From: a virus
Taxonomy: Duplodnaviria > Heunggongvirae > Uroviricota > Caudoviricetes
Length of the DNA stretch: 64,000 nt
IMG/VR virus record: IMGVR_UViG_3300049919_000267
Coordinates: 38,379 to 102,378 of that record
Reading direction: 5' to 3' (one strand)
The first letter of the stretch is position 1; each line of letters opens with the position of its first letter. The notes below the pieces were generated by a model that did no database searches, was not told the DNA's origin, and saw only the letters and a program-made list of their open reading frames with translations. The position numbers were made by a program, and so were the translations under genes. Positions 10,221 through 20,758 of this stretch are shown here, one piece after another.

Positions 10221-13200
10221 TTATTTATGAGATACTTGTGATGAAGCAAATACAAATTTTGAAATAAATTTATACCTATCAAATTTATCATTAATATGCC
10301 TAATTTTCAAATCTTTTGCCCTTAGTTTATTTTTTTGAAAAGATCTATTAGTGTAATCAAATTTATCACTATTAAGTTCTTTATTTACTGATCTATTTTC
10401 GCAAGAGTCTACCCAGATTGGATAATGATTATTAGGATTTTTAACTACATCCCAAAAAGTATTATAGTTAAAGAAATTATCAGACTTTGTATAAATAATA
10501 TCCTTTGAATCTTTATTAAAGATAGGGTATTTAAAATACAAATTCATCTGTCCTTTTGGTTTAGGGAAAAGATTTAATACTCCTGAAGTCTGTTGGTTAT
10601 TGTAAAGAATAGCTTTATTAAAATAAACATTATCATTTATCTCATAAAAATCATTTTCATTATAATATTCTAAGATTGTAGTATAGTCTTTTACATTCTG
10701 AAGGATTTCATCCTGAGCTTTAAACACAAAAGGATATTCAAGAATATATGGATATAGTTTTCCATAGAATCTTTGAAAACTTGTGTGTACTAGATTATGA
10801 ACCCAAACACTTGCTTTTTGATTGTTTAATATTGCATTTTTACCAGTCAGAAACGTACCATTTAAACCTATATAAAAATCAGGAATATAGCTGTGTAAAC
10901 TAATCCAAGATTTAGTACTTGGTGAATAGCTAATAGTCCAAGACTTATTACAAAAGTATAAGGGATCTCCTATAACAACTTCCATATTATTATACTTAAA
11001 CTTACCATAATAAGCATCATAAGTCATACCATCTCTATACTCTGCTTTTGGCTCATAATCAAGTTTAGTAATAATAAATCTGTTATACCCACTATCCCAA
11101 ACTCCACAAAGACCAATGCCATTAAAATGATTGTCTAAATTTATATTTGAAAAATATTTAGATATATTAAATTCAAGATTTCTACCAAGCCATTTACTCA
11201 TACCAATATCGGAAATAGGAGTTACTCCACTACCACTGATTAAAAATACCGAACCTCTTTTAGCATCAATAAACAAGTGTCCAGCTTCTGTCTTTAAAAA
11301 CAAATGATGCTGAGAACCTGCATATCCTTGGTCTGTTTCACCAAAATCTATTGGTTGTGTTTTAAATATATCATCATTACCTAAGTAAGCATTTTTTCCA
11401 GAGCTTGTTTGAATAGTACTCAAAGCATTGTATACATAAGACTTATTTTCAAATCTTACAAGAACCTGAGAATTATCAATAGTGTCTACACTAATTAATT
11501 TACCATAGTTTTTAGGGAAATCCGATTTAGAAATTGGCTTATATATCCTCCATTTGTTTGGATCAGAATAAATAATTCTATGTGTATAATCTTGTTGACA
11601 TTCTTCTTGAGGGTCAAAATTTAAAGGTAGATGAGAGAAGAAATTTTCTTTATTTTGTTTAGAATATGTTTTATTATAGATATAATAATTATCATGAACA
11701 ATAGGGTTATTAGTTTCTTGTAACCAATCATTTGGTATACCAGTACCAATATTAGGAAAATAATCTTTTTCCATATTATTACCAGCTTGTCTCATATCCA
11801 CATTAACTTCAGACTCTACAAAAAAGTAAGCAATCCCATATGAATATAAATAGATTCTACCATTTTGATAGAAAAGTTTATTTGTATTACCATCAAGATT
11901 AGCTTGTGGTACTCCAAGGATAGATTTCATAAGTCCTTTAAATCCTGAACCTGGAGTTTGAGTAGAACTTGTATTATACCAATATCTAACTCTACCTACA
12001 TTAGATAATGCTGAATAGTCTATATCAGCACCATTAGGCTTATCTACTGCTGTGTCAATAAAATAACTAAGTTTTCTTTTAAGTCCAAATCTATTAATAA
12101 AAATATCCCCACCAAAAATATTATCAGTTTGATTAGTGTAGTCATTATTAAGATCTATTAAACCACAATATCCAGTATCAACTGTATTATAAGTATAAAT
12201 ACCACCATATTGATCTAAAAGTTTTCTTTTATGACTGGCATAGTAACTAAGAACATTAGAATATATTTGTTTATCTGTATTATAATCAACTCTACTATCG
12301 TCTTCTTCTAATGTTCCTATGATAGTAGGAGAATTTGGAAATAATGGAAATGTTAAAGTCTGATCTGTTCTAAAAAACACAGAACTTTCTCTCTTCCAGT
12401 TATTAATTGGAAAAACATCACCAAGGGTTTGATAACCTGGATTAAGATAATAAGCTTTATCTAATTTTCTTTGCTTACTACCTGAATTTGGAATAGAATT
12501 AAATTGATTATATAAACCAATAGCATTATACTGATAAGCATAATTTTTATATGGGATTAAGTTTTCTATAAGTTCTTTAAATTGCTTGTTCCAAAATAAT
12601 GATTTTTCAGCTATTGTTCCTAAAGATGGGAAATCCGGGTAATAAGCAGTATATGTAACACCAGGAGTGGTTCCTATAACATGAGGTTTTGGTTCTAGAG
12701 CAAACAAAGCTCCAATAGTTATTCCTGCCAATAAAGCTATTCCTGCGCTAAATCCAGACATAAGTTTATGTCCTGCATGATCTTTTACTTGTACAAAATT
12801 GCCTATACTTGGCCCACCTTCTAAAGTTTCAAATTTAAGAATACTTCCTAAAAATGGCTGAAAGAAATGAGTGTCAGGAGAGTGAAAAGTAAATCTACTT
12901 CTTGAAAAAGCAGAATCATTTACTACAGAACCAGTACAACTAATTAATCCAAGATCTACTAAAGCATCATTGTAATCTGCGTAACCATCAACAATTGCAG
13001 CATTAGTAGAGACAACAGTATTATTTTCAGTAAGTATACTAGATAGATCAGTTCTGAGTGTAAAAATATCAGTAGCACTTGGATGAGTATTAAGTGTAAC
13101 TGCATTTGTATTAACATAAGCAACAATAGCTGCAAAATTAATCATTGCAGCAGATCCACTTACATCATCAAGTGCATCTAAATAATTATTCATTAATGTT

Positions 13201-15578
13201 GCATTTATAGTAAGTGCAACAACATCATCCATACAAATAACTTCTTGATTTGTAATCTTATTATTGTAATAATTAAAAATAGTTAAAAGGTTATCTAATA
13301 ATAGCTGCCCTTCACTCTTAGAGATAAAGAGTAAATTTTGTAAACTAGCTATTTCAGAATTTAAAATTTCAATAACTGGTGTTCCCCCAGGATCTAATAC
13401 ACACGTATTAAGAATTGTATAACAAGTTGGACTGATATTAAGCAATAAAGACTCTAAAGTATCAAGTTGTTGTTGGGCATTTTCAATAAGCCCTTGAATA
13501 GTATCCAAAAGATTGCTACTAAAACCTCCAGCACCACCAACTACAGAAAGATTAGTTAAAAAAGGATCATCTCCAAGATCATTGAATGGGTAATTTGAGT
13601 AAAAAGCTTCTTGGTTAGAAGCTGGTGAACCTTCAGTATATGGTATATAAGCTCCTATATTATATAAAAGTCCTTTAGCAATAACGGATTTGTTATTTAC
13701 CCTATCTGATCTTATAATTCTATACCCTATAATCTCAGATTTTTGAGCATCTGATAGATCAGACTGTAAGATAGCTGTTTTGATATTATTAAGATCTATT
13801 CTTAACCCTATTGGGTATATTTTATGTTCAAATTCTTTATCTGTTGAAGTTGGATTATTATCATGAATATGTGTAACAATACTATCAGGAAACTTGTGAT
13901 GTCTAATTTTTTGACCAGCTAAAGTTCCCCAAATATTAGAATTACATGGATATTCTTTTTCAGATTCCCAATAACCCATTTTTCCATATTGGTAAGGGCC
14001 AACATAGCAATTCTGATCAAGAGCAGATAAATAACCTGGTTCAAAATCTGTTACTGAACCTGTATTATATACTTTCCATTTTGGTTGTGTATTAGATTCT
14101 GTAATACAATTATCTAATTCACTAGTAATTACATCATCATTAGTTACATTTACTAAATCACCAGCTTCGGATATTCTTCCTGGAATATGAAATCCGTCAG
14201 TTTGTTGACCATTTTTTAATAAAAATACGATTTCAAAGGCATACACTTCATCTCTCATATAGCCTCTATACAAAGCAGTGTTAACACCATTATGGTATCC
14301 TTGTGCAGAAGTATAAGGAATTTGGTAAGTTCCCCAATTGAGAACTATTTTATTAGCAACAGATTGATAACTTAGTCTTTTATCGGACTTTAAATTAGAC
14401 CACATTAGTATGTCACCAACAGCATTTACATCCCCGGCAACTTTATAAAAAGGATATTTTTGGAAAATATCATCAACAGTTAAATTAATTTGTGTTTTAT
14501 TGTTACCGGAGTACACAACTTCTGTACTATTATTTAATATTTCAAAAGTCCCAACAAGTTCTGGATCTGTAACCCCATTAATTGTTTTGATTACAGCTAA
14601 ATTAAAATAGTTAAACTTGGTATCAAGATTAGATATAAATAATTTAATACTTTTGTCAGTTTCAAAATTAAAATCAAGACCATATCTTTGTCTAAATACG
14701 TCAACAGAATTAGTTATAGAGTAATAAGCAGTATATCCTTGCCCCTGGTCATTTGCATATTGAATAGCAAATTGATAAGCACCTGCGATAAGAGATCCAC
14801 CATCGGAGACAACAATAGGTTTAATGCAAGGAAGTTTAATGGTAGGTTGAACTTCCATTAAATCGCAATTAATAACATTAGATTTAACTCTATCACAATC
14901 AATAATAGCTTCTTCAAGTGGAAGACTATCAAGGTTTATAAATCTTCTTGGATTTAAGTCATCAGCCCAATAAACTTCAGTGCCACATTTATCTGCATCA
15001 TCATTAAGATCTACAATTCTATGTACTGCTTTATGTATAGGATAGTTTATATTAAAATTTAAACACTTTGCATTAATAAGTGTTGTATATTTACAACATC
15101 CTTGAGGAGATGTTTGTTTGTCTTTAGAATGTAACTCTTTATATAGTTCATAAAAAGTCAATACCGCAGGACTTCCTTCACAATTACATGCAGGGTCAAG
15201 ATTATTATAACCATTGTTAACATAATTACTTGATTTTTTATCATTAAGATTAGTAGGATCATCTACATCACAAGTTATGATATTATTAATAACCCCAATC
15301 TCAGAATCTCCTGTATAAGGATTAGCAAGAAATATTACAGTCCTACCTTGTTCAACAATTGTATGATAGCCTATAACTTTATAACCTATCTTAAATTCAC
15401 TACATAAGACATTAGATTGCTCATTTTGATAAGTAACCATATCTCCACTAAAGGAGTCAACTTGAGCATTTAAAGCATAAGTTAAAGTACCTGGCTTTAC
15501 TTGCGGAAGTATGTTATCAGTATTCAGACCAAAAGCAGCCTGATTTGGATTTTGATTTATATTACTTTGTTCAGCCAT
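10221..15578 (-). CDS. Giant structural protein (1785 aa), candidate tail fibre / host-recognition or baseplate protein
   Basis: Single uninterrupted 5358-nt ORF. Beta-rich, Asn/Tyr/Gly-rich composition typical of fibre or baseplate proteins. Sits in the tail gene block. Confidence 0.6.
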   Translation of the reverse strand: MAEQSNINQNPNQAAFGLNTDNILPQVKPGTLTYALNAQVDSFSGDMVTYQNEQSNVLCSEFKIGYKVIGYHTIVEQGRTVIFLANPYTGDSEIGVINNIITCDVDDPTNLNDKKSSNYVNNGYNNLDPACNCEGSPAVLTFYELYKELHSKDKQTSPQGCCKYTTLINAKCLNFNINYPIHKAVHRIVDLNDDADKCGTEVYWADDLNPRRFINLDSLPLEEAIIDCDRVKSNVINCDLMEVQPTIKLPCIKPIVVSDGGSLIAGAYQFAIQYANDQGQGYTAYYSITNSVDVFRQRYGLDFNFETDKSIKLFISNLDTKFNYFNLAVIKTINGVTDPELVGTFEILNNSTEVVYSGNNKTQINLTVDDIFQKYPFYKVAGDVNAVGDILMWSNLKSDKRLSYQSVANKIVLNWGTYQIPYTSAQGYHNGVNTALYRGYMRDEVYAFEIVFLLKNGQQTDGFHIPGRISEAGDLVNVTNDDVITSELDNCITESNTQPKWKVYNTGSVTDFEPGYLSALDQNCYVGPYQYGKMGYWESEKEYPCNSNIWGTLAGQKIRHHKFPDSIVTHIHDNNPTSTDKEFEHKIYPIGLRIDLNNIKTAILQSDLSDAQKSEIIGYRIIRSDRVNNKSVIAKGLLYNIGAYIPYTEGSPASNQEAFYSNYPFNDLGDDPFLTNLSVVGGAGGFSSNLLDTIQGLIENAQQQLDTLESLLLNISPTCYTILNTCVLDPGGTPVIEILNSEIASLQNLLFISKSEGQLLLDNLLTIFNYYNNKITNQEVICMDDVVALTINATLMNNYLDALDDVSGSAAMINFAAIVAYVNTNAVTLNTHPSATDIFTLRTDLSSILTENNTVVSTNAAIVDGYADYNDALVDLGLISCTGSVVNDSAFSRSRFTFHSPDTHFFQPFLGSILKFETLEGGPSIGNFVQVKDHAGHKLMSGFSAGIALLAGITIGALFALEPKPHVIGTTPGVTYTAYYPDFPSLGTIAEKSLFWNKQFKELIENLIPYKNYAYQYNAIGLYNQFNSIPNSGSKQRKLDKAYYLNPGYQTLGDVFPINNWKRESSVFFRTDQTLTFPLFPNSPTIIGTLEEDDSRVDYNTDKQIYSNVLSYYASHKRKLLDQYGGIYTYNTVDTGYCGLIDLNNDYTNQTDNIFGGDIFINRFGLKRKLSYFIDTAVDKPNGADIDYSALSNVGRVRYWYNTSSTQTPGSGFKGLMKSILGVPQANLDGNTNKLFYQNGRIYLYSYGIAYFFVESEVNVDMRQAGNNMEKDYFPNIGTGIPNDWLQETNNPIVHDNYYIYNKTYSKQNKENFFSHLPLNFDPQEECQQDYTHRIIYSDPNKWRIYKPISKSDFPKNYGKLISVDTIDNSQVLVRFENKSYVYNALSTIQTSSGKNAYLGNDDIFKTQPIDFGETDQGYAGSQHHLFLKTEAGHLFIDAKRGSVFLISGSGVTPISDIGMSKWLGRNLEFNISKYFSNINLDNHFNGIGLCGVWDSGYNRFIITKLDYEPKAEYRDGMTYDAYYGKFKYNNMEVVIGDPLYFCNKSWTISYSPSTKSWISLHSYIPDFYIGLNGTFLTGKNAILNNQKASVWVHNLVHTSFQRFYGKLYPYILEYPFVFKAQDEILQNVKDYTTILEYYNENDFYEINDNVYFNKAILYNNQQTSGVLNLFPKPKGQMNLYFKYPIFNKDSKDIIYTKSDNFFNYNTFWDVVKNPNNHYPIWVDSCENRSVNKELNSDKFDYTNRSFQKNKLRAKDLKIRHINDKFDRYKFISKFVFASSQVSHK

Positions 15579-15588
15579 TATAAATTAA

Positions 15589-16440
15589 TTAACGAATATC
15601 AAATTTATTTAATCTTCTTCTTGAAGCTTTTGTAGATCTTATTTGTTGCTCAATTGTTTGTTTTCTTATTTCAATTTCAGCAAGAACTTTAGCTTCATAC
15701 ATTTTACTTTCGTAATAAGCCAGTTTAGTCTGTACTTGATTTAAAGTCTCATCAGATATATTATTATATATATTTTCAAAACATTTATATTTTAAATACG
15801 CTTTGATATAGTCTTTAATTCTAATATTATCAGGAACTAATTGGTACTCATTTCTATCATACTCTTTTACATAATAAACCATGTATAAAGTTCCTTCTGG
15901 GAAATTAGTGAGAAGTTTACCTCCTCTAACTTCAAAAGTTTCCATAGAGTCCGAATACATATTAAAACTATCTAGAGAACAATTATCTCTAGCATGGATA
16001 TTACCAGGTTTTAATAAATGATGACAATTAAATTTTTGAATTACTGTGCCATTTGTTTTATAAGTCACTTTTATTTCATCTGGCGCACAGAACTCAGCCC
16101 CATTACATCTTTCTCTGGTAGGAGTTACTCTGATAGAGGATTGCTCATAGTAAGACCCTGGCATTCTATAACTCATCTCTTGAGGTGTTGTTAACCATAA
16201 CTCTCTTACGGCCTCAAATCCATTAGGAAGCTTTGCTTCATAATCTTGAATAGAAAGAATATTTTCTTCTATCTTATAAGAACTTCTACCAAGCCTATCC
16301 AGACAATCTTCTGTATATGTTGGAAACAAAACATCATCTATAACACCAGTTTGGAAATAACTTCTCAGTTCTTCTTTTAACTCTGCATAGATGGGTTCCG
16401 GGCTTATGAAGTTATATTTGTAATAGTAACTTACTTTCAT
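15589..16440 (-). CDS. Hypothetical structural protein (283 aa)
   Basis: ORF track. Stop/start overlap with the downstream ORF (16437..16943), indicating translational coupling. Confidence 0.55.
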   Translation of the reverse strand: MKVSYYYKYNFISPEPIYAELKEELRSYFQTGVIDDVLFPTYTEDCLDRLGRSSYKIEENILSIQDYEAKLPNGFEAVRELWLTTPQEMSYRMPGSYYEQSSIRVTPTRERCNGAEFCAPDEIKVTYKTNGTVIQKFNCHHLLKPGNIHARDNCSLDSFNMYSDSMETFEVRGGKLLTNFPEGTLYMVYYVKEYDRNEYQLVPDNIRIKDYIKAYLKYKCFENIYNNISDETLNQVQTKLAYYESKMYEAKVLAEIEIRKQTIEQQIRSTKASRRRLNKFDIR

Positions 16441-16943
16441 ATTAATTTATTATCGGGGGTTAACCAGTTTAAATACATTTCTTTATATTGATTGTCTGGT
16501 TTTTTAACATATTTTGTTATAGCTCTACTAGCATATCTTCCAGGCTTAAATACATAGAGATCTGATAAATGTATTTTTGCTTCTGGACTAAACCAAATCC
16601 ATCTAAAATTGTATCCATCGCTGTGTTCATTTGTATGAAAAATAGTTTTATTATGAATTCTGGTCTTATTCCAATCTATCCTAAGATTTATATATTTTTT
16701 ACCTTTATATTCTTTATACCTTTTTAGCATTTTCTTATTTACTGCTATGGGGCCAAACCCATGTGGTAGAAAAACTTTTGTTCCAGTCCTTAAAGCATAC
16801 TCTATATACATCCAATTACAAACTTCAAGATTTTTACAGTATTTTGAATAAGGTAAATCTTTTTCAGATATTTTATTTTCTGCTATAAATCTGTCATAAT
16901 TAGATCTACTATAAGTTCTGTACTCTTTTTTCTTTCTACTCAT
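16437..16943 (-). CDS. Hypothetical protein (168 aa), basic
   Basis: ORF track. Overlaps the previous gene by 4 nt (ATGA-type coupling). Confidence 0.5.
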   Translation of the reverse strand: MSRKKKEYRTYSRSNYDRFIAENKISEKDLPYSKYCKNLEVCNWMYIEYALRTGTKVFLPHGFGPIAVNKKMLKRYKEYKGKKYINLRIDWNKTRIHNKTIFHTNEHSDGYNFRWIWFSPEAKIHLSDLYVFKPGRYASRAITKYVKKPDNQYKEMYLNWLTPDNKLI

Positions 16944-16957
16944 TGGTTTTTGTTTTA

Positions 16958-17674
16958 TTAAGACCTCTCTTCATCTTTAGCATTACTTTGTGAGTCCACA
17001 ATATGCCTAAAATATGTTTTATTTAATGTGTCATTCACAAGATCAATGATCTGTTTTTCAAGATAAGAAGGTGCAGAAAATTCTTTATCTAATGGGTTTA
17101 TACATGAAGTATCTTCTCCTTTATCACAAGCACTATATTCTGAAGGATTAAAATCATCATCAAAATAAGCTATAACATCTAAATTTTCTATATCTTCATC
17201 AGATATATATATTCTATCATCATATACCCAGAAATATTTCTTAGTATCTCTTAACCCTAAATTAAGAATATTGATAAATCTATCTAAAGAAGCATAATCA
17301 AATTTTCTTCTACCTGGAGAAAATACAGACTGTATTAAAAGACCAAAAATACCTTCAGAAATCTGAGGTATTTTCTTTTTAGATCTTGCCACCATACATG
17401 CTGATTTGTATTCACAGCATTCTGAAAGTGGCACTCTTTCCATCTCTATACATGGAATTACAGTAAATACATTTGGTGAATTCCAAAGTCTTCTTAAATT
17501 GGTTTCTCTTTTAATTAAAAGAGTCGCACAACTTTTAAGTTCTTTAAAAATCACCCTATCAGTAATATTGTTATCTGAATTTATAAGTTTGTTTAAAGAT
17601 CTTACTCTTGAAACTAAATCTCTGCCTGTACTCATCTTTTTTATTTTTATCTTTTTCATGTAAGTACTCACCAA
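16958..17674 (-). CDS. Hypothetical Cys-containing protein (238 aa)
   Basis: ORF track. Several Cys pairs (…SECCEYKSACM…, …SACDKGEDTSC…). The true start may be an internal Met (M6/M14). Confidence 0.5.
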   Translation of the reverse strand: MVSTYMKKIKIKKMSTGRDLVSRVRSLNKLINSDNNITDRVIFKELKSCATLLIKRETNLRRLWNSPNVFTVIPCIEMERVPLSECCEYKSACMVARSKKKIPQISEGIFGLLIQSVFSPGRRKFDYASLDRFINILNLGLRDTKKYFWVYDDRIYISDEDIENLDVIAYFDDDFNPSEYSACDKGEDTSCINPLDKEFSAPSYLEKQIIDLVNDTLNKTYFRHIVDSQSNAKDEERS

Positions 17675-17840
17675 AAGCTTCTTTCAAAAGACTTAAACTA
17701 AACTCTCCAGTCTTATAAACAACTCTATTCCCTTCGGCATCTTTTTTAAGAATGCCGGAGAGAGTAGGTTTCTTTTTGAGTCTAAAATTTAGTTTAAAGT
17801 TGGTATTCGAATTCTGCTGATTTTCCTCTTTCTTTGTCAT
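17571..17840 (-). CDS. Small Lys-rich ORF (89 aa) overlapping both neighbours; doubtful
   Basis: ATG start confirmed (cat at 17838-17840). It overlaps 47 nt of the upstream gene and about 100 nt of the downstream ORF in other frames. It could be real, a frameshift product, or spurious. Confidence 0.3.
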   Translation of the reverse strand: MTKKEENQQNSNTNFKLNFRLKKKPTLSGILKKDAEGNRVVYKTGEFSLSLLKEAFGEYLHEKDKNKKDEYRQRFSFKSKIFKQTYKFR

Positions 17841-19038
17841 ATATTAAGGCGACACCTGATTGTCTTGATCTATATAAATTATCATTATGCCATCTATCAG
17901 TACCAGATAATGAAGGAAGTATTCTTAATTTAACTCCTTGAAATTCATTCTGAGTTTGATTAGATCTAAATGTTTTTTCATTGTTATGATGTTTATCTGA
18001 TATTAAAATATCATGATATTTAGCTAGCCCCCAATTTGCACTAAATTCAGTTGCAAAAGCTAGAGGAAGTTTATCGTTTACATTATTTCCATGATTAAAT
18101 CCTATAAAAGATTGTCCCCACACAAGACATTTCTTAGGATTAGAAGTCCTATCAAAAGTTATTGCAGGATCTCCTTTAAAATAAAGTTCTAAAGCATGAG
18201 CTAAATAATAAGATTTAGTTCTATCATGATTACCCTGTACAAGAATAACATGTACATTAGGAATACTCTTGGATAAAGTTGCTATAGATTTAACCATAGT
18301 GTCAAACACTTTTTCATAAGCTACATCCCAAGTAGTATTAACACTTTGAGGAGTTCCATTTGTAGTAGTGTTTTGAATGTTATCAGTATTAAATACATCA
18401 TTACCCACTACAAATACTGCTTGTTCAATAAAAAATGAAGAGATAGATTTTATTACTAAGTCATTAAACACTATAAAATAATCATCTATTCTTTGGTCAA
18501 TAGTATTATTATTTAAATCTAATTTATCAAAATGAAGATCATTAAGATTTAAAACTAATAAGCTTTGACTTTTAGTATAAGGTCTGCTTGATGGAGTTTT
18601 AAAGGATTTCCAATCAGTTTTGTAATTTTTAAGAAGCCTTTCAAAAACTTCTATTTCTTTAACCTTTTTAGGTTCTAACCAAGCCTTAACTTGATATTTT
18701 CCATTCCAATAATTTTGAACATACTTAGAGATTTCCCATTTTTCTGTATCAATTAGTTTGGATAAATCATTTAAATCTTTTATTTCTTGTGGACTTTGAA
18801 TAGTTACTTCCGCTTTTCCAGTTTTAAAATCTTCTTGTAGTTCAGTAACAATTGTTGATAAAGTTTGTGTTGTTGGTGGGATGTTAGAAATCCCATTATC
18901 TTTTCTGTGTTTAAGCCAAATTCTTCTGGCTTTTTCCGGTTCTAAGTTAAATTTTGCTCCAATTTCTTTCCATTGTTGTCCAGGTTTGTAGTTTGTTGTA
19001 AGATATTCAATTAAGGCATTTTTAGACTCTAAACTCAT
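17794..19038 (-). CDS. Calcineurin-like metallophosphoesterase with an N-terminal helix-rich (possibly DNA-binding) domain
   Basis: Metallophosphoesterase motifs are present: …LNDLHFD… (D-x-H), …VVGNDVF… (GD/GND), …VILVQGNHDRT… (GNHD/E), …IGFNHGNN… (GH). The N-terminal approximately 60 aa are basic and helix-rich. Confidence 0.65.
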   Translation of the reverse strand: MSLESKNALIEYLTTNYKPGQQWKEIGAKFNLEPEKARRIWLKHRKDNGISNIPPTTQTLSTIVTELQEDFKTGKAEVTIQSPQEIKDLNDLSKLIDTEKWEISKYVQNYWNGKYQVKAWLEPKKVKEIEVFERLLKNYKTDWKSFKTPSSRPYTKSQSLLVLNLNDLHFDKLDLNNNTIDQRIDDYFIVFNDLVIKSISSFFIEQAVFVVGNDVFNTDNIQNTTTNGTPQSVNTTWDVAYEKVFDTMVKSIATLSKSIPNVHVILVQGNHDRTKSYYLAHALELYFKGDPAITFDRTSNPKKCLVWGQSFIGFNHGNNVNDKLPLAFATEFSANWGLAKYHDILISDKHHNNEKTFRSNQTQNEFQGVKLRILPSLSGTDRWHNDNLYRSRQSGVALIYDKERGKSAEFEYQL

Positions 19039-19201
19039 ACTTTACGATTTAATTAAAAAAGTTAATTACCATGTAAAATTAACTAACTTAATTGATACTA
19101 CCAAGAAATGCAAAAAATAATTTCACTTTTTTAATTAAAAAGTAAAGCCCTTCCCTAGACAGGGTAGGGCTATTCTTTGATAAACCAATAAATCAAAGAA
19201 A

Positions 19202-19537
19202 TTAGATAAACTCTACGGATAGAGATATTGGTGCAGAACAGGAAACTGGTATTACAGGGCTACAGAGTTCACAAACATTAGTAGCTATACAATCCCAGTC
19301 TAATTGTGGGGTAATTACCAACTTTCCTTCTACAAATTCTTTAACAAAAGTAACACAATCTCCTTCTTGAAGGAGTAATATTTGATCTAAGTTGTTACCA
19401 GTTTGTGTTAAACTAACACCACAACCATCTTTTTCAACAGTTATTGAATTATCTGGAGATGTTATATTTATACAATCCATTACAGAGCAACAATCAACAT
19501 ATTTTACTGGAACTTGATTACAAGGAGTAGTACTCAT
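19202..19537 (-). CDS. Small Cys-rich structural-module protein (111 aa)
   Basis: ORF track. N-terminus …PCNQVPVKYVDCCSVMDC… plus further Cys pairs. Part of a run of three adjacent Cys-rich ORFs. Confidence 0.55.
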   Translation of the reverse strand: MSTTPCNQVPVKYVDCCSVMDCINITSPDNSITVEKDGCGVSLTQTGNNLDQILLLQEGDCVTFVKEFVEGKLVITPQLDWDCIATNVCELCSPVIPVSCSAPISLSVEFI

Positions 19538-19548
19538 TATTTAATAAA

Positions 19549-19917
19549 TTATAATAGTGTATAAGGAGCATGTGCGCCACCACCTAAAATAGGGATAGCT
19601 TGCTCAATAATATTCAATCTATCATTGATATTATTCAATGCTGAAAGAATACTTGTGTTTTTAGTGTCTTGAATAGCTTTAATAGCATCTAATTTAGCTA
19701 CTACTGTATTAAAAGAATCATTTCTATTAATACCAGTACTGGTTAAATTAGAGTTTGTATAGAGTAGACAAGCACCTTTAATGACATCTATACAACCAGC
19801 ACACTCTTGTGTATGACCACAAGAATAAACATTACCGGGAGTATTACCATTTAAATTCCAAAGATTTGTACTGTAAATGCCATGACTTTGGCAACCACAA
19901 TTTGAGTTATGAGACAT
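19549..19917 (-). CDS. Small Cys-rich structural-module protein (122 aa)
   Basis: ORF track. N-terminus MSHNSNCGCQSHG…CGHTQECAGCIDVIKGAC…. Confidence 0.55.
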   Translation of the reverse strand: MSHNSNCGCQSHGIYSTNLWNLNGNTPGNVYSCGHTQECAGCIDVIKGACLLYTNSNLTSTGINRNDSFNTVVAKLDAIKAIQDTKNTSILSALNNINDRLNIIEQAIPILGGGAHAPYTLL

Positions 19918-19930
19918 GTTATTATTATTT

Positions 19931-20722
19931 TTAAGTAAATCTGATAATATATTTTAAATTTGCAGCGATATTCTGTGGTAAAGTAGAGGAATTTGGAGTA
20001 CCGTTTATTCCATTACAAACATACCATCCACAATAAGGAGTACTTGGAATACCAACCCCATTTACATCAAAAAAAGCTAATGATCCAGTATAAAGGATAG
20101 GACAATTAGGAGGGATTAAAGCTTCAAAAGTTACTACAGCACTAGCCCCAGCACCAGAAAATGAAATGCCATTATTTCCACATGACTTAATGGCCCCACC
20201 AAGTAGAAAATTCCCAGCCCCTTCTTCAATAGCATCTAAAATTGTTGCTGCAATTGACTCAAACTGAGTGTTTAAAGCACAAAGTTTGGTAATAATAGCT
20301 TGTATAAGAGTCTTAAAATCATAAGGTTCCCCACAAGGATCTAATGCAGGTAAACATCCAAGCGTATAAAGAGTAACATCAGTAAAAGTTAATATCTGGG
20401 CATTAGTAAGATCTTGAGCTTCTTTTAATTCGCAAATAGCTTGTTTATAAACTTTAAGTACATTTAATAGATTTTTTTCATCTGTACTTAAAAGATCCTC
20501 AATATACTCACAATCTGAAAGATCAAGGTCTTCAAGAATAATACCTCTACCTTTAATAAGATCTTTAATTTTAGTTAATATAATATTTCCAATATATGTT
20601 AAAGAATCCCCCAAACAAATATCTAATTCTTCAACTGCATCCATCTGACTTTTTACACAAGTAGTAGTTGTGATGTCAGTACAAGCATTATCATTGAAAT
20701 CTCTACAATTTTTACAAGGCAT
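19931..20722 (-). CDS. Cys-rich structural-module protein (263 aa)
   Basis: ORF track. N-terminus MPCKNCRDFNDNACTDITTTTC… with additional scattered Cys. Confidence 0.55.
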   Translation of the reverse strand: MPCKNCRDFNDNACTDITTTTCVKSQMDAVEELDICLGDSLTYIGNIILTKIKDLIKGRGIILEDLDLSDCEYIEDLLSTDEKNLLNVLKVYKQAICELKEAQDLTNAQILTFTDVTLYTLGCLPALDPCGEPYDFKTLIQAIITKLCALNTQFESIAATILDAIEEGAGNFLLGGAIKSCGNNGISFSGAGASAVVTFEALIPPNCPILYTGSLAFFDVNGVGIPSTPYCGWYVCNGINGTPNSSTLPQNIAANLKYIIRFT

Positions 20723-20758
20723 TATTAATTATTTTATCTTTTATTAAAAATTTTTATT

